From NCBI GenBank assembly GCA_040954595.2, contig CM082591.2, positions 2,503,258-2,567,257 on the forward strand: DNA of 64,000 nt, written 5' to 3'. This document shows positions 39,014 to 49,700 of this stretch, piece by piece. This DNA is from Balanoglossus misakiensis. Taxonomy: Eukaryota > Animalia > Hemichordata. Position 1 is the stretch's first letter; each line of letters opens with the position of its first letter. The notes under the pieces were generated by a model. The model saw only the letters and a program-made list of their open reading frames with translations. It was not told where the DNA came from and did not search any database. The translations under genes and the position numbers were made by a program.

Positions 39014-39360
39014 GTCATAGTGGTGTCAATCAATTGGGTGGTGTTTTCGTCAACGGCAGGCCATTACCGGACTCAACCAGACAGAAAATCGTAGAACTTG
39101 CCCACAGCGGTGCCCGGCCATGCGATATCTCCCGAATTCTCCAAGTGTCGAACGGATGTGTTAGCAAAATTTTGGGCAGGTACTACGAGACGGGGTCCAT
39201 CCGGCCCCGGGCGATCGGAGGCAGCAAGCCCCGCGTGGCCACGCCGAGTGTCGTCGGTAAAATCGCACAGTATAAGCGCGAATGCCCCTCCATATTCGCC
39301 TGGGAGATCAGGGATCGTCTTCTACAGGAGGGAGTTTGCACGCAGGACAACATCCCCAGC
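39014..39360 (+). CDS. Pax6: Pax6 paired-box exon (most of the paired DNA-binding domain)
   Basis: Translates (G)[115 protein letters not shown], with the Pax6-diagnostic ILQVSN (I42, Q44, N47). Acceptor ctgatttgtgttgttttggcag| (phase 1), donor AGC|gtaagt (phase 0). Both positions match conserved Pax6 introns. Confidence 0.99.
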
Positions 39361-41755
39361 GTAAGTTTAAACACTTTTCTTTTCTTTCATTTAAATGTCC
39401 ACAAATCAAACCTTCAATTTTCTTTTTCTCTATCTATATGGTGGACCTGAATCAGGACTCGAAAAGTTCACCTATGCCAGTCAAGAAGACAAGTTAACCT
39501 AACTCTACAAGTTAGCTCTCACCCTCCTGAAAACGATACAATGTATATACTTTTAAAAATCATCATACATTATCGGCGCGATCTCTTGCTATAGTTTACA
39601 ATGACTGTTTTTCTGTGGTTTGCGGGAAAATTCCATTGCCCCTTTGTAAAGTTCCCATACAGTAATAAATTAACGAGTGCTTCTCACAGCCTGTTTGTAG
39701 ATAGAATGTGCGAATATGATGACAGTGACGTCATTTATGGTACGTACTGGAAAGTAGCTCTATGCTATGCACAGGGTGTGAACAGAGCACTGGGAACCAA
39801 TCAGGCAGAAGAATGAACCGTGACTCATGACGCACAAGAGCAGGCTTTGTTCCTTTAAGACAAATGTGTAAACTTCGATTAATTGCGAGTCAGATTAAGC
39901 TGTTGTGTGTTTTACATTTATCGTCGACTTTTGTTAAAAGGAATATTACAACGAACGATACCTGCCCGTCTTATTTGCACCCCCCCCTCCTACCACAAAT
40001 TATTACAACATATTATTTTTAATACAGTGCAAACTTGATTTGAGGGACAACTACGAGAGCTGAGATAATTGTTTCTTGGGAAGTTGTCTTCCCACTTTCC
40101 GTGAAACTTCATGTCAGAACGACACGCACAGTCGTTATGAATTGATTTTCGAGCGGGAAAAAATAATAACAGTATCGAGATACTTTGTTTGTCAACAATT
40201 TCCAATTTGCAATGAAATGCTTGCCACTTCTCAATAACGCACAAACGACTTCGAAGCCCCCAACAACAAAAGATAATCGCGTCGTTGACTTACTGTATTG
40301 ATCTTTTGAAACCCTTTCTTTGAGAAATAAATGTGTTGCCTGCTATGAATAATACACCGATGAGACAAAAAACCTTCACGCTGTGAATGCGAAACAGATT
40401 TCTTAAAACCTGAGAAATGTTCTTTAGGTAACTTCGGGAAAAGTCCTTTAGGCGAGCATTGTTTTTTTGTCGTTTTCTTAACCTGGCGGTCGGTTTCACC
40501 ATGCTTTGGGATAAACGGGGTCGGCTTAATCTCCCGATGACTGCGTCAATATACTCATGTAATCTTCACGAATGCGTGAACGCAAGTCAAGGGTGCCGGG
40601 GAGCCCCAACCCGTGGTCAGAAAAGCGTGCAACCTTCATTGTCAGGAAGCTTCGCGTTTAAGAGATACGAAGCCGAGACTTAGGCCAGAGGGAGAGTGAG
40701 GGAGAGAGAGCCCCTGAAGGGGGACCAAAAATCAACCTCGGAATTTACTCAACCGCGTCTGCGCAGAGAATGAGTAACGCGGACGCATAGGACTGGCCAG
40801 CACTTTTGGTCAGTGTTCGCGGCGAAGTTATGTCCTGTCCAAACCCCCCGACTCCATCAGAAAGAAGCGGACATTTTTGGGGCAATCGATGGTGATTACG
40901 CATGCAACATTTGTTGTACAGGAGAAGTGCCAATTATGAGGGCACTTAAAGAGAAAATTAAGTTTCTAATGGCTGCTGACAATGGCCAATAATCAGTTGC
41001 TGCCTTCTTCGTGTCTAGCCTTGCGCCAAGTGACAGATTTAAATGTAACACCTAACTCTATGTTGTTACTTTAAGAGGATAAGTTCAAGTTCAAAAAGTG
41101 ACGACCAAGACCAGAAACTTGACCTTCCTAACTGTCAGAGAAACAATCGATTTTCCCCAGCTGCTGTCATTCAGAAATCGTTCCAAGTCAAAGTTTTTTC
41201 CTTTACAAACTACAGTTCAACGTGGCCATAAGTAGTTATGAATTGGTCACGTTCAAATTCTCTCTTTTACACACGCCGCCAAACACTGCAAAATATGCAA
41301 GAAATTCTGTGCATTTTCACTCAATATGACTATATTAAGGTTTGGTGTCTTAATTATATCCCGGGAAGCGAATCAAGTGAACTCTACTCGGCACACTAGA
41401 CATTTTCGCGAAATTGTTGTTTTCTTTTGGTTTTGTAACACAGAGCGATTTTTCCGTCATCTGCTCGATGGTGTAAATATAGTTGATGGTGGGACAACGC
41501 GCCCTTGTCGGAGTTTGAAATCTGCGTTGCCATTGACGACTCAATTGGACGATCCGAAGCAGAAGAAAAAAAACGAATGAGGCATAACACTTTGAGATGG
41601 CGATAGCCGATCGGCCAACTGTTTGTGGAGACGACTGGGGGGGGGGGGGGCTGACAAAGCCATCGCGCAAAAGAGAGTCGGTATTTTTATAGCCCTCTCT
41701 GGGGTCACGAAGCGTGAAGCGTCACCTCGCTGCGATTGATAAAGCAGAACAAACC

Positions 41756-41769
41756 GTTTCCATGGCAAC
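41756..41769. promoter_or_regulatory. RFX X-box consensus GTTTCCATGGCAAC
   Basis: Exact match to GTTNCCATGGNAAC; related sites at 41526-41540 and 41833-41846. Confidence 0.5.
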
Positions 41770-43968
41770 AGAGTACAATTGGTCAGGCATGTAAAAGAAG
41801 ACACCCAATTGGCTCAAATATGCCCATCTTGCGGTGTCATGGCGACGTTGCCCCTTTCAACTCTTATATGGCTTTGAGCAAGACTCATCTTTAGGAAAGA
41901 ATTCGGTTTACCTAACGTCGTTTCCATTTGGCCATTGATTGCATTTCGGACCAAAATTAGGCGCCAACTTTCTGTTTTTAGCTTGGGCGCACCACGGGAA
42001 AATATTCTCTCAACTCGAAGATTATACGCGGTCGATCTAGCGTCTCCCTGCGATACAGATACGCGTCTCTCGGTGTAATAAATTTGTTGGTAAGCCGTTG
42101 GGGGATGGGTTGGGGAGTTGACTTCCAAACGCGAGGTCCAGTATTAATAAAGCAATTATGATGGTCCTTTGACGGTATTTGGACCCATTCCTTGTCGGCG
42201 TGTACAAATCAGCTCCTCATTTGCCGCCGTCAACGACTGATTGTTGTTTACCAATTCCCCTGTCGAATAGCCCCTTCATCCTGGTCCATCTGTGGTCTCT
42301 AGTGAATTTGGCGTCGACTCGAAACAATTCCCTGCTAACCTAAATTTTCACACCGGGGTGGAGATCCAAATCTGTATTTATTACTTGGCGAAAATCTACA
42401 AAAACACCAAAGAAACTGTTTTATTTTTTTCTCTCTCTCTGACTCGTTCGCGCAACTGCCTTTTCATTGCAAGTGGACGTCTATCAGTAATGACTCCCCC
42501 AATTTCGATAAAGAGACGACAATTTTGGGAAAATTGGTCCGGTGCCGATATATTACAAAACAGACAAATAGGTTATTCTGGGGTTCGTTGTTCTCTCTAA
42601 TACGCACTCAAAAGACAATATTCTGTACGCGTAGATTTTGGCGCCAAACACGTCTGTTCTCTTGGGCGAAGACGTGTTTTCTGTGCAAATTTAATAAGGA
42701 AGCAAAACAAATTATCTCTCTCTCGTGGTCCCTCTTGTAAAGATCACCAAGTTGCAGACGATATATCGTGCAGTTTTTGGAGTAAAAAATGTTGCCCCCT
42801 CGCGTACTGTCTGCTTTGGCAAGCTTGTTCTAGCATACCCAAAGGGCAGGTTTCGGGCTCCGGGTTTTTGATTTGATGATTTTAGGAAACATCGATCTAG
42901 GAAAATCGTCACAGCTAAAACGCTTTTGTTTTCTGAATTTGTCGGTTGACTTCATGCTGCTCGGGTCAGTCGGGGTTGTCTGATCAGTGGCTGACACAAG
43001 CCCCAAAGCCCCGTCAACTAGAAAAAATACCTCCATATGTAACCGGTTCTACAGAAATTGAGCTACTTTCTGGCGACCGACAGACAATCGCCGAAATCAC
43101 ATTTTCACCGCCAACGATCTGATCTCCATCTGCTTGACTTTTTTTTATTGCTTACTATTTTCGTTTAAAACACGCAACCAATAAAGCGATTGACTTTCCC
43201 CAGTCCCATGCAAACGAGACGGGTTTTAGATTCGCTGTCGTCAGATCAAAAATGGCGCGGAAATATCGCAACAATGTTCAAGTGGATATCTGGTTTCTCG
43301 TTTCATTGTACCAGCTGTTTATTGTTCAGGTCACCGACTGACTCAGTCTTTATCAGAGTGAACAATTTGTATGACTATTAATTCAATGCTTGGTCCCCCT
43401 TTGTCCTTATTAAATCTCTCCTTGCCTTCGCATTGTCTTCAGCCATACTGCGGCCCTCCAATTTTCCAAGGATTTCCACGACCCATCTTTTCCCATTAGG
43501 ACTTCAAATATGATATATTACTTCGGAAGTGGGCTAGTACAACGACTCGGGCGGTGTATTTTTCTGCTGTCACTCCTCAATCCCGTTTCATTACTAAACC
43601 CTTAATCTATTAATCCGTTGACGCAGGAATGGGTCCCCGACTAGACAAAGCTCTCATCCCTTAATTTATTTGTTTTTGTGTGTGTTTGTAGGAGTAATTT
43701 GGTAGCCCTTTTAAGGGCCAATTTTGCAGCGGGTTCATTAAATCAAAACGCATCCGTCCCCGTTTCGATTTTGCGCCAAATTATTCCGAATTGGTCGTTT
43801 CCCGAAGACAATAGCCTGCCAAAATTTAGGGGGATTTTTGTTCGACTTAAGCCCCGTCTGCCTGTTTAATTTTTGGGAGTTATGGCCAATCTCAAAGAAG
43901 GCTGAACGATTGATTCTGACATTTATAAGAAACTACACTAACCGGCTGTCATCATTAGCCGACAGGGC

Positions 43969-43990
43969 AATATTTTGGCGCCAAAATATT
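43969..43990. repeat. Perfect 22-bp palindrome AATATTTTGGCGCCAAAATATT (E2F-like core)
   Basis: Read directly; equals its own reverse complement. Confidence 0.9.
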
Positions 43991-46176
43991 CCTCTGCTTT
44001 AACTCGAAGTTTTCCGACCTTGCTTATTGAAGTTAACAAAGGTGGGGAGTTTGAATTAGATATTTTAAATCAAAATTCTGAACTTGAGTTTCAAATATTG
44101 ATGATGAGTGAGTGGTACTCCGTATGAAATGGATTTAGTGCTCTCTTATTCACAATTGTGTTGAGCATTGTCTGGTGACTATAAAAACGTCGGCCATAAA
44201 AAATTAAAGTGGAATAGAGACACGAACGAAAACACACAATAAATACTCGTATTAATAGCCCTACGAGAGAACATGGCGCCTTATATGTTTGACTTTTCTT
44301 TTGACGAATTTAGGCTCTTGTTGGGTCTTCATTGTGCCGGGATCAATATATTTATTCAGTCAACATTTTGAATGTCGGTTCTTGGTTCTAACGGCTACAA
44401 TTACATTGCATTCAAAGCAATTATCGGAATGCTCAGAAAATAATATCCCCCAAATATCACAATATGGACATTGTCAACGAACAATTTACATCCCGTCATG
44501 GTTCGCTATATTAGTATTTTTTGTTGAAGAAGCGTGGACGACAACTTGATGGTGCTTTTCAAGTGGCTCATTGTCGAGCTACAATGATTGCAGTGTATTT
44601 TGGCAGAGGCCGTGTCATCAGTTTCTACTCGCAGCGCAAAGTCAATTAGCTGTAATATAGTCTCCACTTTTTGTCGTCTGCATAAATTTTGTCAGTCTGG
44701 GTCTTCTTGGCGTGCGTGATCAACAAGAGTATACTGTTAGTCTCACTTGACGAAAGATTTCATTTCGGAAACGACAGGGCAAGGGAGTATTTCGTCATCA
44801 AAGTCATAAACGAGTCTAGTTGCATCTTGTTATTTCTGTAAGATGTCTCCAGTTTATATCTGGGGTTGTCCTGACAATCACACCACGAGCAATTTTGAGC
44901 ATTATATTACACCCGTGAATCGTTGACAAAAACAATCATTGTCTGTGGGCATTGGGAATCACTGCAAAAATGGCGGGCACGCATGAAGCAGACGACCAAT
45001 TTTGTTGTATATTGGACTGTGTCCCAGGTTGACAGTGTCGACTGGATAGTCCATTTCCTGTTAATGTGGGGATTTGACTCGGACGGGGCAATTACGAGAA
45101 GAATTATCACCAGTCCAGCTTAATAAGCAGCACTCATTTTGACATTTTCATCAGGGCGTATTACTCAAAAGCCTTTCCGCAGTGCCGGTATCTTCAAACA
45201 CGACACATGCCCCACAGCCAAGATTTCCAAGCTTTACTTTGCTGGAAAGCAGGGGGCTCAGTTCGTCATATTGAGTCATTTTATGAAAAAAATCTTGTTG
45301 ATGAGACGTATTTTCTCAAGCGCTGGAAAGTGGATATGGATCAAGACGCAGAACATTCATTGTTACCCCTACTTTGAAGTCCTAAACCCTCCATAACACA
45401 GCTGTTTCTGCCGACAAAATCCAACATGGCCGACCATTACGCGGACTAGACACATTTTCATGTCGTCCGACCAAAGCTTTCACGTTTTGGCGCTAAAACT
45501 ACCACGTACAGAACATTATCACTGCCCAACTTACTGACCTACAACGATACATGTTTAATTATCTAAAATAATTAATTATTTTGTGCCATTTCTGACGCCT
45601 TTCAACTGACTGCCCGAAGCGGGCGGATCAGCCCCATGAATATATCAGCACTTCGTTTGGTTTAGTCCGGATCGATTTCTTCACAGATCGTCGTTTCAAA
45701 CCCTCAATTGCCCAATACGCTCTTTATCCGTGAGAGTTTCCAAATCGATTTTCCCCTTTAAAACAAAACGGCGACAAAAACCTGAAGTATTGACTGCGTG
45801 TTAGTTTGGCTACGTCAATGTTTTCGCAGGGGCAATTAATTCGAAAGTGAAACAATGGCGGGTAAACGCCACTAAAGTTAATTTGAGACCGGCAGGATTT
45901 GCGCCTAAGAATCTCTTTAGTAAACACGGCAATTAGAGATTGTTGGTTTTTACACTTGCATTAAATGATCAATCTTTGAAGAGAAGTACAAACGTACTTA
46001 TCGTTGTTCGCCTATTCTGTGGCCTTCAAGGGTACTAGGGGCCATTGAGCTTGTTTAAGAGGCCGATCTATCAACACGAGACAGCGTCCCTCTCAAGAAT
46101 TTGCACGTGTCATGTTCACGTCTCCCGGCCCACTCCGAGTCCCGTCTGCAAAAATCCCACAGCTCTCCAGAACTGT

Positions 46177-46260
46177 TTCTCTCAACATTAAAAACTTCTC
46201 TCAACGTTAAAAACTTCTCTTCAACATTAAAAACTTCAAGTTCTCCCCAACATTAAAAAC
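46177..46260. repeat. Minisatellite, 4 copies of about 19-20 bp TTCTCTCAACATTAAAAAC
   Basis: Units start at 46177, 46196, 46215 and 46241; 6-nt insert before the last. Confidence 0.9.
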
Positions 46261-46536
46261 TCAGAATGCACCTATGAACAACTGTATTTTTGTTGAGTAC
46301 TGCTGTCAAACCAGTGACATCTTGAAAGAACAAATAGTACGAACAGCTGAATATATACAATCGAACTACAGTTTTAAAATGAATAATCTTCGTGTTAGTA
46401 TATTACGGTGTTCAGTTTCGCTGTTAGTTTCACATTTCGACAGGGGGTGAGTTACATTTAGAGCAGTTCGAACCAACTTGAAGGGATTATTGTATGTAAA
46501 AATACTTAGTTTTGCAATGTCTGTTTTTTTTTTTAG

Positions 46537-46768
46537 GTCTCTTCAATCAATAGGGTTCTCCGTAATTTAGCAGCGGAAAAGAACGGCAGCATGCAAGAGC
46601 CTGTTTTCGACAAATTGCGGCTGTTGAACGGCCAAACATGGCCGCGAACGGGCCACTGGTACGCAGCGCCTCCGCCGCCAGTACAACACCCGGTCACCAT
46701 CACCACCAATGGGACCACGCCAACCAATAGCAGTTCGACAGACAGTTCCCACTGCAGAAAAGACGCAG
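46537..46768 (+). CDS. Pax6: Pax6 exon: end of paired domain plus linker
   Basis: Acceptor gtttttttttttag|; translates VSSINRVLRNLAAEKNGSMQEPVFDKLRLLNGQTWPRTGHWYAAPPPPVQHPVTITTNGTTPTNSSSTDSSHCRKDA. Continues DNIPS|VSSINRVLRNL in phase 0 and has the Pax6 linker motif (cf. vertebrate MYDKLRMLNGQ). Donor CAG|gtaggt, phase 1. Confidence 0.97.
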
Positions 46769-49700
46769 GTAGGTGAAAGCTGGCGGATGCAAGCGTCGGT
46801 GTAATTGGATGGATGGAATGTGTGATGACATCACCCAGCGGAACGACTTTAAACGTTAACTTTTAAGTCCCCCGGGGTGAGGGAGAATGACGATTCCATT
46901 TTCCTAATAAAGTCTGGAGGGACAGCAGCAACTTGTCAGTGTGTGTGGAGAAGGGATACTATATTTTTCTGCTGAGGTCGCCCAAAGTAGTCGTCTAGAA
47001 TCTAAACTAATGTATGAGTTCGCGACTGCATATGCGCGCGCGCGTGCGAAACAGCAACTTTATGCGCGCGTGCGCGATATCAAACTTCAGGGCTCTTTCA
47101 GGGACCCCCAGAACTGCATAAGCAGAGTTTAAACTAACAGATATGCACCACCATATCGCGCTTTGTAGCGATCCACACATGCGTGCAAGCCGCATCGGGC
47201 ATATTCAGTCGACCCGTATATAATCCTGGATGTTCGTAACTCCTCGTGTGGGCTATAGGATATTGCAAAAAGGAGAGAAAGTGACGTTTTCCCCGGGGCG
47301 CGTCAGTCACCCATACAGGTGTTTAAACTGCATTTTATGTCCCCTCACTTGAAACTCAATTAATTAAGCCGTATACTGCGGCAAAAGCGATGAATAATGA
47401 AAGGGTGTTTTATAAAGGTTGAATAATACTCATGCGGTTTAGCGCTTCACATGACCGATAAATTTCACCCGTTTCGCCCGTGAACTATATGTACGGCTAT
47501 ATACCCTGGCTTCCCTGCATGCATATCATGCTTGGATGAGCCCGGTCGCCGCTTGCCGGAAAAGTTACTTCGGCGCGAAATTCGAAGTTCCGACGGTTAG
47601 CACGTTGTCAATGGGCGGGAGTGTATGCATGGTCAGCTTGCCAAACGTTGCGTGACGTACGAACCCACCCCTCGTAACTTCGGTATTTACGAATCATTTG
47701 TGATTGAACCAATAATTTGTTGTTACTTTTCCCCAGGTTGGGGACACAATCTTAATTGTTTCAACTAACTTGGACATTTCAATTCTCTCTGTTGTTTTGA
47801 TTACTTTGTTGTTATCCTTTTTGGCTACCTCACTTGGGATGTTCTACCCACATGGTTGAGGTGCTCATACTTTGCGCATATTCGTCTTAGATGCCCGAGG
47901 AATCATATTTGACATTTGAGGGGGGATACGGTACACGTTTCCGCCGTCTCTTCCAATATGGTTGCAGCGTTTGTTCGCAGCAACGCTCAAAACGGGCTCA
48001 CGAGTCGCGAAATTTGTGGCCATTTATGGTCCAAAGGAAACCAATTAAAGGCGTCTTGATTGGGTGCATCTGAGCGTATATAGTCACTATTGATATGTCT
48101 GCGCGTTTTTTGGACAAAATCTGGCGACGAAGTTTATTTAGGAAATGAAGGCTGTAACATCCAATGCGAATGACAGACACGCCATAAGTTACACACAATC
48201 GGACCATTCATGGTAGACTTCTCCACAGAATAGGAGAAGAGACCGGATCTTCGCCCCTCACAAAACACCCCAAAATAATTTTACACGATATTGCCACTCT
48301 CTGAAAGGGAATTAACGACTATACAAAATGGTAGGACAATATTGTTTGAAGTCAGGAGTTATTTTAAATAGGCATATTGCCTGTACAGACCTGGGAAATC
48401 AAAATTCCGGCAAAGAAAAGCACTGATTGAGGCAGCGAGCGTTAATTAACAGTGAGACTACGGGAGCTATTGACTACAGGCGCAATTGGAGCTGAAACAA
48501 TATTTGTATTTAGTTGCGCGCCAATTACACAGAAATGATTTCATTAAGCTGAAATTGACATGTCTGTCAATATCGGGTCTTCACATTAAACAGTGTGTTA
48601 CTAGCTAGTTAAGAAGCGTTTTAAGCAACTGGTATATTAGATACACAATGTATGGAGATATACATTTATTCGACTTTTCGACTTTAAATTATTGGCGACG
48701 GCAGGAGAGAGGAAACAATTTGTTTCAGAGGATCTCAGTTTCCTTGGTGTCCAGTTGAGCGTGCGCGTTAAGAGGCATGATGTTTGCGCATGTCCTCAGC
48801 AAGTCTTGACCTATGACCCCCTCCTGATTTATTGATAGTAATCGATAAATTAATAAGACAGTAATTATGGAGACGCGGACAAGCCCGATGACGCGTCCGC
48901 GCTCAGAGGACACCGTCAAACAATTTCAATTACCAGTAATCTTATAGGGTATACAGACGAGGCATAGAAATCAAATCAGCAACCAACGGCACAGATGATT
49001 TTGTTACATTGTTGCAATAAATTTCGGCATCGCTGAAATGTACACATTTCCGGAACCGAACAGATGTTGCAAAAATAGCCTTCTCGGATTATGAAATTGA
49101 CATATTAGGAAATGTATCACTGGAGTGACGCGGCGAAATTCCTTTGAAATTCAGGCAATTAAATTGATACAGAGAGGCGAGATATTGGCACACCGTTGTA
49201 GCGAGTACCTCCAAAGTGAAAATTTGCAGTTTTAAAGAAATTACCTGATTGCGCGAGTTCTAATTTGCCGAGGATGATGAAATTGACTCGGTTGTAACCA
49301 CCGGCTGATACAATGTTGCAATTAAATCAAATAAAAAGTGTAAATTTAAACAAAAAATTAGTATAATTACAAAAAAGTATCAAAGACTGGCCAAGTGTAT
49401 TTTTTTGAAGTGTATACACTGGAGAAGAAAGTAACAGATGGTGGTGATAACAGTTCTGTTGTCATGTGAAATCGACACAAACTTCTTGAATGTGGCGGCA
49501 ACAATGATAAACTGTCGTGATATTTGATACAAAGTGAGATTAGATGATACACGAGAGATCTCTCCTCAACAGCAAATAGCCTCCAATAAACTGACACACT
49601 TGAAAGCGACAGCGCATGTCATAAATACCGAACAATTTCTTTTCTCCATCACACAGTATTTGCATATGCACGCATGCTTGCAACTTTTTTGTATGGTTTG

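Noticed and set aside
39007-39450. ORF-track 147-aa ORF as a complete gene
   Set aside because: The TTG start is in the acceptor tract, and residues after DNIPS are intron read-through past gtaagt.
46177-46260. Repeat array as CRISPR-like
   Set aside because: Head-to-tail units with no unique spacers, eukaryotic intron, no cas genes.
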